Source: Nemertoderma westbladi
Lineage: Eukaryota; Animalia; Xenacoelomorpha
Assembly: GCA_032718475.1 (NCBI GenBank)
Contig: JAUCBJ010008493.1
Location: 1 to 62,580, forward strand
DNA length: 62,580 nt
Direction: 5' to 3'
Shown here piece after piece: positions 44,101-56,335 of the stretch. Each line of letters starts with the position of its first letter. Positions within the stretch are counted from its first letter, which is position 1. The notes below the pieces were generated by a model. That model was not told the origin of the DNA. It saw only the letters and a program-made list of their open reading frames with translations, and did no database searches. Made by a program: the position numbers and the translations under genes.

Positions 44101-47100
44101 GCAGCTTTATTTCCGTTTATAACGAACCAAGGTGAGTTAGTAGCTTTATTTCCGTTTATAACGAACCAAGGTGAGTTAGCAGCTTTATTTCCGTTTATAA
44201 CGAACCAAGGTGAGTTAGTAGCTTTATTTCCGTGTATAACTCACCAAGGTGAGTGAGTAGCTTTATTTCCGTTTATAACGAACCAAGGTGAGTTAGTAGC
44301 TTTATTTCCGTTTATAACGAACCAAAGTGAGTTAGTAGCTTTATTACCGTTTATAACGAACCAAAGTGAGTTAGCAGCTTTATTTCCGTTTATAACGAAC
44401 CAAGGTGAGTTAGCAGCTTTATTTCCGTTTATAACGAACCAAGGTGAGTTAGCAGCTTTATTTCCGTGTATAACTCACCAAGGTGAGTTAGTAGCTTTAT
44501 TACCGTTTATAACGAACCAAGTTGAGTTAGTAGCTTTATTTCCGTTTATAACGAACCAAAGTGAGTTACTAGCTTTATTTCCGTTTATAACGAACCAAGG
44601 TGAGTTAGCAGCTTTATTTCCGTTTATAACGAACCAAGGTGAGTTAGCAGCTTTATTTCCGTTTATAACGAACCAAAGTGAGTTACTAGCTTTATTTCCG
44701 TTTATAACGAACCAAGGTGAGTTAGCAGCTTTATTTCCGTTTATAACGAACCAAGGTGAGTTAGCAGCTTTATTTCCGTTTATAACGAACCAAGGTGAGT
44801 TAGCAGCTTTATTTCCGTGTATAACTCACCAAGGTGAGTTAGTAGATTTATTACCGTTTATAACGAACCAAGTTGAGTTAGTAGCTTTATTTCCGTTTAT
44901 AACGAACCAAGGTGAGTTAGCAGCTTTATTTCCGTTTATAACGAACCAAGGTGAGTTAGTAGCTTTATTTCCGTGTATAACTCACCAAGGTGAGTTAGTA
45001 GCTTTATTACCGTTTATAACGAACCAAGTTGAGTTAGTAGCTTTATTTCCGTTTATAACGAACCAAGGTGAGTTAGCAGCTTTATTTCCGTTTATAACGA
45101 ACCAAGGTGAGTTAGTAGCTTTATTTCCGTTTATAACGAACCAAGGTGAGTTAGCAGCTTTATTTCCGTTTATAACGAACCAAGGTGAGTTAGTAGCTTT
45201 ATTTACGTTTATAACGAACCAAGGTGAGTTACTAGCTTTATTTCCGTTTATAACGAACCAAGGTGAGTTACTAGCTTTATTTCCGTTTATAACGAACCAA
45301 GTTGAGTTAGTAGCTTTATTTCCGTTTATAACGAACCAAGGTGAGTTAGTAGCTTTATTTCCGTTTATAACGAACCAAGGTGAGTTACTAGCTTTATTTC
45401 CGTTTATAACGAACCAAGTTGAGTTAGTAGCTTTATTTCCGTTTATAACGAACCAAGGTGAGTTAGTAGCTTTATTTCCGTTTATAACGAACCAAGGTGA
45501 GTTAGTAGCTTTATTTCCGTTTATAACGAACCAAGGTGAGTTAGTAGCTTTATTTACGTTTATAACGAACCAAGGTGAGTTACTAGCTTTATTTCCGTTT
45601 ATAACGAACCAAGGTGAGTTACTAGCTTTATTTCCGTTTATAACGAACCAAGTTGAGTTAGTAGCTTTATTTCCGTTTATAACGAACCAAGGTGAGTTAG
45701 TAGCTTTATTTCCGTTTATAACGAACCAAGGTGAGTTACTAGCTTTATTTCCGTTTATAACGAACCAAGTTGAGTTAGTAGCTTTATTTCCGTTTATAAC
45801 GAACCAAGGTGAGTTACTAGCTTTATTTCCGTTTATAACGAACCAAGGTGAGTTACTAGCTTTATTTCCGTTTATAACGAACCAAGTTGAGTTAGTAGCT
45901 TTATTTCCGTTTATAACGAACCAAGGTGAGTTAGTAGCTTTATTTCCGTTTATAACGAACCAAAGTGAGTTAGTAGCTTTATTTACGTTTATAACGAACC
46001 AAGGTGAGTTAGTAGCTTTATTTCCGTTTATAACGAACCAAGGTGAGTTAGTAGCTTTATTTCCGTTTATAACGAACCAAGGTGAGTTAGTAGCTTTATT
46101 TCCGTTTATAACGAACCAAAGTGAGTTAGTAGCTTTATTACCGTTTATAACGAACCAAAGTGAGTTAGTAGCTTTATTTACGTTTATAACGAACCAAGGT
46201 GAGTTAGTAGCTTTATTTCCGTTTATAACGAACCAAGGTGAGTTAGTAGCTTTATTTCCGTTTATAACGAACCAAGGTGAGTTAGTAGCTTTATTTCCGT
46301 TTATAACGAACCAAAGTGAGTTAGTAGCTTTATTTACGTTTATAACGAACCAAGGTGAGTTAGTAGCTTTATTTCCGTTTATAACGAACCAAGGTGAGTT
46401 AGTAGCTTTATTTCCGTTTATAACGAACCAAAGTGAGTTAGTAGCTTTATTTCCGTTTATAACGAACCAAGGTGAGTTAGCAGCTTTATTTCCGTTTATA
46501 ACGAACCAAGGTGAGTTAGTAGCTTCATTTCCGTTTATAACGAACCAAGGTGAGTTAGTAGCTTTATTACCGTTTATAACGAACCAAGTTGAGTTAGTAG
46601 CTTTATTTCCGTTTATAACGAACCAAAGTGAGTTAGTAGCTTTATTTCCGTTTATAACGAACCAAGGTGAGTTAGCAGCTTTATTTCCGTTTATAACGAA
46701 CCAAGGTGAGTTAGTAGCTTTATTTCCGTTTATAACGAACCAAGGTGAGTTAGCAGCTTTATTTCCGTTTATAACGAACCAAGGTGAGTTAGTAGCTTTA
46801 TTTCCGTGTATAACTCACCAAGGTGAGTTAGTAGCTTTATTTCCGTTTATAACGAACCAAAGTGAGTTAGTAGCTTTATTTCCGTTTATAACGAACCAAG
46901 GTGAGTTAGCAGCTTTATTTCCGTTTATAACGAACCAAGGTGAGTTAGTAGCTTCATTTCCGTTTATAACAAACCAAGGTGAGTTAGTAGCTTTATTTCC
47001 GTTTATAACGAACCAAGGTGAGTTAGCAGCTTTATTTCCGTTTATAACGAACCAAGGTGAGTTAGTAGCTTTATTTCCGTTTATAACGAACCAAGGTGAG

Positions 47101-48257
47101 TTAGCAGCTTTATTTCCGTTTATAACGAACCAAGGTGAGTTAGTAGCTTTATTTCCGTGTATAACTCACCAAGGTGAGTGAGTAGCTTTATTTCCGTTTA
47201 TAACGAACCAAGGTGAGTTACTAGCTTTATTTCCGTTTATAACGAACCTGTCTTTAGACTGGTAAACCGGCAAAAACACGATGGGTATATATTTATGTGT
47301 ATGTTTATTTATTTATATGTATGTGAAGGCTGATAAGGTTTTGTATATCTGGGACAGCTGTCGATTAAACTAACAAAACCAGAATCTAAACCAGGGTAAT
47401 TATTATATTATATTATAATATAATTATATTTAGGGGAACAATGATTAATAAGGGGAACAATTAATTAGTTAGTAATAATAACAAAACCCAACATGTTTGT
47501 TTCTAAGTGACACGCTTTCTGCGTACAATATAATCATAACTTACTATTAATTAGTAATTAATTGATACGTTTGTTAGTAGACCTGCTACAGTAAAAGTGT
47601 TCCGGGGTGTCCTAAACTGAAAGAACCTATCCTTCTCCACTTTTCAACATATTGCGTGTATGTTTAGTGTTGTCTTTGTTGTCCTTGGTGACACAGACCT
47701 CGATATAATCTTATATTCAATATGAATCAGGGAGACTCATATTGAACTAACCATAAACTTTCCTCTGTAGGACTATCATACATACTGGTAATTAACATTT
47801 TGTGAGGCTCCATAAATTATTATCTAAAAAAAAAGTTGGTTAATTTATACTTTTTGTATTTTAATTTTGTTTTTGTTTAAGAAGTCTAAGGGCCCTTTCT
47901 CTCAATTATTCATTATCTATCTTCATTATCTATTCTCGTTTCACAGAGATTTCAACTATGGTTTAAAATAACTTTATTTATGCCATTTAAATTTGTATTT
48001 ATTAATAAAGTATAAAATAAAAGTATAAAGTAAAGTATACATGGTATAGGGTGTAGGCCTATGTTTAGTGTTGTAGACCCACAAAATAATGGGCGTAATG
48101 TTCTTCCAATGCAATAACTGTATTATACCCTACGCTATTTCAGAAGATAATATATTACTAAATTATAACATTGGAAATGACCATTAAACACAAAATATCA
48201 TTATTTTTGCTCATTTTATCTGGGATAACTCTGATAACAACATTTTTTACTGATTAG

Positions 48258-48465
48258 CGCTGCTGTCCAAATGTTGAACAAAGATATCAGTGAGTTTAGA
48301 GAACGTCTTACAGACCAGCAGAAAGAAAGGCAACAATTCCAGGAAGAGTTGGATCACCTTTCTAAAGCTATCGAAGCGATGCGATCCAATACAGCGACCT
48401 ACATCAATAACATTACGAGTAAGATAAACGATGGGAAACGCAACCATACCATATTAGCTAAAGAA
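48258..48465 (+). CDS. Coiled-coil protein exon
   Basis: attag|C acceptor completes the phase-2 codon from 7391; AAVQMLNKDISEFRERL...ILAKE; |gtaagt donor. Confidence 0.85.
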
Positions 48466-48873
48466 GTAAGTTACTAACAGTGGTGGCGGGTGGGTGATTA
48501 CAAATCAAAGACCCAATTAAGTAAGTAACCTTGGGTCTTTAGTCTTTGCTTTGTACTCACCCGGTGGCGGGTTATAATATCATTTGTTATTAAGTAGAGG
48601 ACGAAAATTGTACCTCCCTGTCAAGAAATTTCCAATTGTCAAGAAATAAAAAAAGTTCACTAAATGTAAATTTTAATGTAGGCCTAAAGGATAATATTGC
48701 ATAATATTTGTCACTATTTTATTTTTCGGATATCAGTAGTAACTAGATACTATGCAACAACATGAAGAGATCATTAATTAACACGATTTTATTACCATTA
48801 AATAGTTAAATAAATTATTTATTTCTTATGACTCGCTTTTTTTAATTTTGATTCCATTTCATGTTTCCCTTAG

Positions 48874-49005
48874 GGTAATACTCTACAATCTCAAGTAAAG
48901 GAAATGGATATAGAAATTCGAGAACTACAAGCCATTCTGAAACAGAAGAAGAAGGATTATAATGAGATGAGAGACAATTTAGAAGGACAAATTAAGAAAT
49001 TGGAG
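48874..49005 (+). CDS. Coiled-coil protein exon
   Basis: cttag| GNTLQSQVKEMDIEIRELQAILKQKKKDYNEMRDNLEGQIKKLE |gtgggt, phase 0-0. Confidence 0.85.
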
Positions 49006-49201
49006 GTGGGTTGTTAGCCGAGATTTTAGGCGAAATGAAAGGACAAACAAAATATAAGTGAATTAAATAGGCCTACATTAGGGTTGGGTTATAAAACGAG
49101 GAAAGCTTGAAAGTAAATATGGATAATAATGTGAGTCGTTTACGTTAAATTGTTTTATATTTGTACAATCAATAATTATGTGTTGTAAATTTAAATTTTA
49201 G

Positions 49202-49340
49202 GAATCAATAAAAAAGAACAAAGATGAAATATCCGAGAGAAATGAACGAATTAGTCAAGAAACACCAACATTCAAAGCGTTGGAAGGATTCTTTGCGGAA
49301 TTTACGTCAAATTATGAACTCACAAAAAAAGAGTTTATAT
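49202..49340 (+). CDS. Coiled-coil protein exon
   Basis: tttag| ESIKKNKDEISERNERISQETPTFKALEGFFAEFTSNYELTKKEFI T|gtaagg, phase 0-1. Confidence 0.85.
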
Positions 49341-49777
49341 GTAAGGAGGATATTCCAAAGGATAATATTTCGTAGTTAGGTCTACAGTTAGAGCGTGTGT
49401 TTGTGTTGTAATCGGAGTATATAATATTAATTGTTAGTTTTAGTGGGCGCTGTAAATAGTGTATTTTTTAGTTTGTTTAATTATGACGACAACGTTATGT
49501 TTAATTTTAATTTATTTAACTTAACTCTGACAAGAATATACGGACTTCACAAAATTGAATAATTCCAAATTACATTGTTCTTATGGCAATTGAGTGCCCG
49601 CTAGAAGGCGCTAAGAAGTTTCCACATTTCGTTCTATACCTCTTTGCTTACGAAATCTTTTGAAATTTTTCACAAAATCATATGCGATTTCCCGAGTGAC
49701 ACCTACTTATTAGGCCTACATTTTGTAAATACTTATTTAATTATTTAATTAAAACTAATTTTTTAAAATATTATTAG

Positions 49778-50010
49778 CCACCAAAAATTTGAAACAAAAG
49801 TTGGACGAACACGTGTCGCAGAATAAATTTACTTTGGAGAAACTAAATAAACCAAAACGTGAAGTAATTGAGAGTCTTCGGGAAGAGCGTAACAATTATA
49901 TGGAGCAGTTGGGGGCAGAAAGGGAAGAGAGAAGCGCAAAGGAGGCGAATATTCACGATACTGGACGCCGGTTGCTGGGGAATATTAGTGAGAACGATCG
50001 GTTGAGGCAG
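49778..50010 (+). CDS. Coiled-coil protein exon
   Basis: attag| acceptor, phase 1; TKNLKQKLDEH...ENDRLRQ; CAG|gttagt donor. Confidence 0.85.
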
Positions 50011-53000
50011 GTTAGTGGTTCTATTACACAGGTTAGTGGTTCTATTGGATAGGTTAGTGGTTCTATTGGACGGGTTAGTGGTTCTATTGGACGGGTTAGT
50101 GGTTCTATTGGACGGGTTAGTGGTTCTATTGGATAGGTTAGTGGTTCTATTGGACGGGTTAGTGGTTCTATTGGACGGGTTAGTGGTTCTATTGGACGGG
50201 TTAGTGGTTCTATTTGATGGGTTAGTGGTTCTATTGGATGGGTTTGTGGTTCTATTACACAGGTTAGTGGTTCTATTGGACGGGTTAGTGGTTCTATTGG
50301 ACGGGTTAGTGGTTCTATTGGACGGGTTAGTGGTTCTATTGGATAGGTTAGTGGTTCTATTGGACGGGTTAGTGGTTCTATTGGACGGGTTAGTGGTTCT
50401 ATTGGACGGGTTAGTGGTTCTATTTGATGGGTTAGTGGTTCTATTGGATGGGTTTGTGGTTCTATTACACAGGTTAGTGGTTCTATTACACAGGTTAGTG
50501 GTTCTTTTGGACGGGTTAGTGGTTCTATTGGACTGGTTCGTGGTTCTATTACACAGGTTAGTGGTTCTATTGGACGGGTTAGTGGTTCTATTCGACGGGT
50601 TGGTGGTTCTATTGGACGAGTGCGTGGTTCTATTGGATGGGTTTGTGGTTCTATTACACAGGTTAGTGGTTCTATTACACAGGTTAGTGGTTCTTTTGGA
50701 CGGGTTAGTGGTTCTATTGGACTGGTTCGTGGTTCTATTACACAGGTTAGTGGTTCTATTGGACGGGTTAGTGGTTCTATTGGACGGGTTGGTGGTTCTA
50801 TTGGACGAGTGCGTGGTTCTATTGGATGGGTTAGTGGTTCTATTGGACGGGTTAGTGGTTCTATTGGACGAGTGCGTGGTTATATTGGATGGGTTAGTGG
50901 TTCTATTACACAGGTTAGTGGTTCTATTGGATGTGTTAGTGTTTCTATTGGACGGGTTAGTGGTTCTATTGGACGGGTTAGTGGTTCTATTGGACGGGTT
51001 AGTGGTTCTATTGGACTGGTTAGTGGTTCTATTGGACGAGTGCGTGGTTCTATTGGATGGGTTAGTGGTTCTATTACACAGGTTAGTGGTTCTATTGGAT
51101 GGGTTAGTGTTTCTATTGGACGGGTTAGTGGTTCTATTGGACGGGTTAGTGGTTCTATTGGACGGGTTAGTGGTTCTATTGGACGAGTGCGTGGTTCTAT
51201 TGGGCGGGTTAGTGGTTCTATTGGACGAATTCGCGGTTCTATTGGGCGGGTTAGTGGTTCTATTGGGTGGTTTAGGGGTTCTATTGGACGAATTCGTGTT
51301 TCTATTGGGCGGGTTAGTGGTTCTATTGGGCGGGTTAGTGGTTCTATTGGACGGGTTAGTGGTTCTATTGGACGGGTTAGTGGTTCTATTGGACGAGTGC
51401 GTGGTTCTATTGGGCGGGTTAGTGGTTCTATTGGACGAATTCGCGGTTCTATTGGGCGGGTTAGTGGTTCTGTTGGGCGGGTTAGGGGTTCTATTGGACG
51501 AATTCGTGGTTCTATTGGGCGGGTTAGTGGTTCTATTGGGCGGGTTAGTGGTTCTATTGGACGAGTTCGTGGTTCTATTGGGCGGGTAAGTGGTTCTATT
51601 GGACGTGTTGGTGGTTTTATTAGTTAGTGGTTTTATTGGACGGGTTGGTGGTTCTATTGGACGGGTTAGTGGTTCTATTAGGTGGATTAGTGGTTCTATT
51701 GGTCGGGTTAGTGGTTCTTTTGGACGAGTTGGTGGTTCTATTGGACGAGTTCGTGGTTCTATTGGCCGAGTTCGTGGTTCTATTAGGTGGATTAGTGGTT
51801 CTATTACACAGGTTAGTGGTTCTATTGGATGGGTTAGTGGTTCTATTGGACGGGTTAGTGGTTCTATTGGATGGGTTAGTGTTTCTATTGGACGGGTTAG
51901 TGGGTCTATTGGACGGGTTAGTGGTTCTATTAGGTGGATTAGTGGTTCTATTGGTCGGGTTAGTGGTTCTTTTGGACGAGTTAGTGGTTCTATTGGACGG
52001 GTTAGTGGTTCTATTGGGAGGGTTAGTGGTTCTATTGGGCGGGTTAGGGGTTCTATTGGACGAATTCGTATTCTATTGGGCGGGTAAGTGGTTCTATTGG
52101 ACGCGTGGGTGGTTTTATTAGTTAGTGGTTTTATTGGACGGGTTGGTGGTTCTATTGGACGGGTTAGTGGTTCTATTGGACGGGTTGGTGGTTCTATTGG
52201 CCGAGTTCGTGGTTCTATTAGGTGGATTAGTGGTTCTATTGGACGGGTTGGTGGTTCTATTGGACGGGTTAGTGGTTCTATTGGACGGGTTAGTGGTTCT
52301 ATTGGACGGGTTAGTGGTTCTATTGGATGGGTTAGTGTTTCTATTGGACGGGTTAGTGGTTCTATTACACAGGTTAGTGGTTCTATTGGATGGGTTAGTG
52401 TTTCTATTGGACGGGTTAGTGGTTCTATTGGACGGGTTAGTGGTTCTATTGGGCGGGTTAGTGGTTCAATTGGACGAATTCGTGGTTCTATTGGGCGGGA
52501 TAGTGGTTCCATTGGGCGGGTTAGGGGTTCTATTGGACGAATTCGTGGTTCTATTGGGCGGGTAAGTGGTTCTATTGGACGTGTTGGTGGTTTTATTAGT
52601 TAGTGGTTTTATTGGACGGGTTGGTGGTTCTATTGGACGGGTTGGTGGTTCTATTGCACGGGTTAGTGGTTCTATTGGACGGGTTGGTGGTTCTATTGGC
52701 CGAGTTCGTGGTTCTATTAGGTGGATTAGTGGTTCTATTGGACGGGTTGGTGGTTCTATTGGACGGGTTAGTGGTTCTATTGGACGGGTTAGTGGTTCTA
52801 TTGGACGGGTTGGTGGTTCTATTGGCCGAGTTCGTGGTTCTATTAGGTGGATTAGTGGTTCTATTGGACGGATTAGTGGTTCTATTGGACGGGTTAGTGG
52901 TTCTATTGGACGGGTTAGTGGTTCTATTGGGCGGGTTAGTGGTTCTATTGGACGAATTCGTGGTTCTATTGAGCGGGTTAGTGGTTCTATTGGGCGGGTT

Positions 53001-53415
53001 AGTGGTTCTATTGGACGGGTTGGTGGTTCTATTGGACGAGTGCGTGGTTCTATTGGGCGTTTAGTGGTTCTATTGGGCGGGTTAGTGGTTCTATTGGACG
53101 GGTTGGTGGTTCTATTGGACGAGTGCGTGGTTCTATTGGGCGTTTAGTGGTTCTATTGGGCGTTTAGTGGTTCTATTGGACGGGTTAGTGGTTCTATTGG
53201 ACGGGTTGGTGGTTCTATTGGCCGAGTTCGTGGTTCTATTGGGCGGGTTAGTGATTCTATTTGGCGGGTTAGTGGTTCTATTGGACGGGTTAGGGGTTCT
53301 ATTGGACGAGTGCGTGGTTCTATTGGGCGGGTTAGTGGTTCTATTGGGCGGGTTAGTGGTTCTATTGGACGTGTTAGTGGTTTTGTAGTGGTTCTATTGG
53401 TTGGTCTAGTGGTTG
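50008..53415. repeat. 21-bp tandem satellite, consensus GGTTAGTGGTTCTATTGGACG
   Basis: Roughly 160 units starting exactly at the exon donor site; block duplications marked by the ggttttattagttagtgg variant. Confidence 0.97.
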
Positions 53416-53486
53416 CTTCATATTGGACTGGTTAGATTTTCTATAAATATATCGATTTATTGAAGATTTTCTGTTACATTGGATAG

Positions 53487-53589
53487 GCGATTGCAGACGT
53501 TGAAGAATACATCATTGGTATTGATGTGGACTCTACCTCCAATAACGAAGGTATTAAAGATGTTGCAGATAATCTCGATATAATATTCG
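53487..53589 (+). CDS. Coiled-coil protein exon
   Basis: gatag| AIADVEEYIIGIDVDSTSNNEGIKDVADNLDIIF G|gtttgt; phase 0-1 fits both neighbours. Confidence 0.75.
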
Positions 53590-53849
53590 GTTTGTATTGT
53601 TTACATCATCGCCGTTAATTATTTTATTTAGTTTAACTATTTTGATATTAAAATAACTTGAAACTGACAATTCGTAGGTCCTTCGTGTGATATTTTTTAG
53701 GTTAATTAATCAGGACAAAATCTACTTAGTAAATTAATAAACGGAGTCGGTTATACAAGTAGGCCTACTGGTACATACTATATGTACCAGTAGTATGTAC
53801 CAGATGTACTATATTCGAACATATTTATTTAAACTGTTCTAAATTTATT

Positions 53850-55732
53850 AGGCATATGCAATGAGGCCAAAATTAACAGACTTCTTTAAAGATCGGTTTG
53901 GGAGGGAACGCTGTAGCGATGACGTTACTAAACTTGGTAATGATATTGCTGATCGTTGTAATACAGGATCTGCTGACATACCCACTGTATCGGAATTGGC
54001 AATCCGCAATTCGATATTATCTCTTTCCAAACGCAAATCTCCCGATAACGGGATGCTAACAGTAGAGCACCTGATACACAGTAACGAGAGTGACATCTGC
54101 AAATCATTCGCAATGATAATAAACGCATCATTTAGAATTGGAGTGGTCCCTGACCTGTTTGGCGAAACTATTCTTACATGCATCTATAAGGGAAAAGGAA
54201 AAGAGCAGACTGACCCAACCTCATATAGGCCAATCTCTAGTATATCCATATTCGCGAAGGTGTTCGAAGCGATAATACTTAAACACTACCTATCCACCAT
54301 TACTAAACATCATCCGGCGCAGCTAGCGTACCAAAAGGGAATCGGAATAGATTTAATAATTTCTGGAATTCTTGAACAGCTTGAACATAACCGCCAATCT
54401 ACCATACCCACCTTTGTCTGCCAGGTTGACATAGCCGCTGCCTTCGACTCAGTGGACCACTGTCTTTTATTTAGTCGACTCCTGGAGGTTTTAAACCCAT
54501 ACATATGCAGAGTGCTATTCAGTTACTATAGACTGGCGCTAATGTTTATATCCATTGATGGTAGCGTAGACATCAAGGGGCTTCCAGGTTAGAATAGGAG
54601 TGAAACAAGGATCCTTAATTTCGCCCTGTCTTTTTAACTTCTTCACGGAGTCTATCTATGAAGCATTATGCACAACAGTCTCACATAGCAACAGGGCAGT
54701 ATTATGGGTCATTAACTTAACTATGCTGACGATATCCTCGTGTTAGCGAATTTGGAAATTTGGAAAGAATGGTTCATATAATTTGCAATGAATTGGATAA
54801 TTTAAAGCTACAAACCGACCCCACCAAAAGTAAATCGACAGTCTTCAAATCTAGGAACACTGATCACACTCCAGCTGCACTAAATATTGGTGGAATACTT
54901 TTGCCTGACTCCAAACTTATCAGCTTTCTGGGGGTGACTCCGAGATCGCAATGCAGGCCCCTAGCTGATTCTATACGTACTCTCACCATACTATCAGAAA
55001 GATGTCATAGAAATGGTTGGACTGCGAAACACTACCCTATAGAAATAATTTCACACCTCTGGAAATCAATAGCAATTCCCTCTTACTTACACTCCCAAGG
55101 ATTTAGCATAGGCGCAATGTCCGTCGACGACCAAGGGCGACTTGACGCCCACTATATAAAGCTACTCCGTGGCCTACTCTTTGTCGGCAACTATGTATCT
55201 AACGAATGTTTATACACTCTCTTTGACACACCACAGATCACAACGCAATCTGTCAAGGCTTGTCTTGGAACCATACTCAGAGCTACTAATTTCCCTAATT
55301 TTTGTCTGCAACTTAGTCTTCGGGTGAACCTTCTATCAAACCTGCGATCAACTTCCAAGTTCATGGGACTCAGCAGCAGCATTAAATATGCAGCGTTTGA
55401 TCATGGACTCCCGTCAGTATCGTCTCTACTGAACTACCGCTACCATAGAGGACATCTAACAGAACGCCTACGACCTCTACATCCGAGTTGTAAAACTAAA
55501 GAGCAGGCTACGTTCATATAAGACTGCTATAGGCTCAAACAGAGTTTTATAACAAAACATGGGCGTTTCTGCGTTTACTCGAGTTTTTCGGACTATAATG
55601 TACTCCTATTATTGTTCAATTTTACTTCTAATTTACAGTTATACATACATGCGTTTTAATTCAATAGCCCATAAATGAATGGGAATGTGCACCTCTTTTT
55701 AAACCGATTTTTACTAATAAATAAATAAATAA
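53850..55732 (+). mobile_element. Decayed 5'-truncated LINE (frameshifted RT), clade not assigned
   Basis: SYRPISSISIFAKVFE and DIAAAFDSVDH in ORF 53861-54592; GVKQGSLISP (~54597) and YADD (~54722) lie outside that ORF; (AATA)n tail at ~55717-55732. Confidence 0.88.
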
Positions 55733-56022
55733 CGTACAGATAGTTTCATTCACGGCCGCCACATAGACGGCTGTGAAACGACACTTTGTAACTTAATAAA
55801 CATTCGTCTTGTAGAAGTTACTATTGACTTTTTAGATTATTACCTTATATTGTATAATTAACTAATTTACATAACAAATTATTAAACGAACAAACAACAT
55901 GGATGCAGCTATTATATGCACTTGTTAAAGGCTTTTTGTTTTCGAAACCCATTTTTTAAATGTTTTGTATATAAATCAATATTTTTTGTTTAGTTTCCCA
56001 CTATTTCCTTTATTCCATTCAG

Positions 56023-56223
56023 GAAACCTTCTCCGATCCTGGGTCTCCGATAGGGAGGCTACTAAACAGGCTGGTAATCGCGACTCAGAAACTCTTAATA
56101 AAGTTACCGAGTTGGAGAAGCAGACGGAACGACGTCAGAACAAAGTTCTTTCCATTACCGACTCGCTCAACAATCAGTTAATCAAGCTGCGTAACTTCCT
56201 AACGTTGCTACGTAAACCGATAG
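56023..56223 (+). CDS. Coiled-coil protein exon (penultimate; read-through gives a stop at 56228)
   Basis: ttcag| NLLRSWVSDREATKQAGNRDSETLNKVTELEKQTERRQNKVLSITDSLNNQLIKLRNFL..., G|gttagt donor. Confidence 0.8.
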
Positions 56224-56335
56224 GTTAGTAACGCATCTTGGCGATTGTTCGACTAGTTTCAGTACCTACGTAAACCCAGCGGTACACAGCGGATTCATGG
56301 GTTTCTCCCCCGGTGTTTCGTGTTACTCGTCAAAT

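Larger units (their letters stand above)
34493..47248. repeat. 39-bp tandem satellite, consensus AAGGTGAGTTAGTAGCTTTATTTCCGTTTATAACGAACC (over 200 units, two insertions)
   Basis: Arrays at ~34493-35967, 37823-39469 and 41153-47248. Rare variants recur at 1209-bp (31-unit) and 4134-bp (106-unit) spacing. Confidence 0.98.

Noticed and set aside
41089-44256. 1055-aa ORF (and 34321-35283, 37694-38242) of ELVALFPFITNQG repeats
   Set aside because: These arise because the 39-bp unit is a multiple of three with one stop-free frame. Two of the starts lie inside inserted elements, and stops occur sporadically.
27645-47248. Repeat arrays as CRISPR loci
   Set aside because: Units are head-to-tail with no unique spacers, there are no cas genes, and the DNA is eukaryotic.
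49843-53388. Long overlapping ORFs on both strands (NRTTNPS, VVLLDGL, VSGSIGR repeats)
   Set aside because: Translations of the 21-bp intronic satellite in several frames at once; not evidence of coding.
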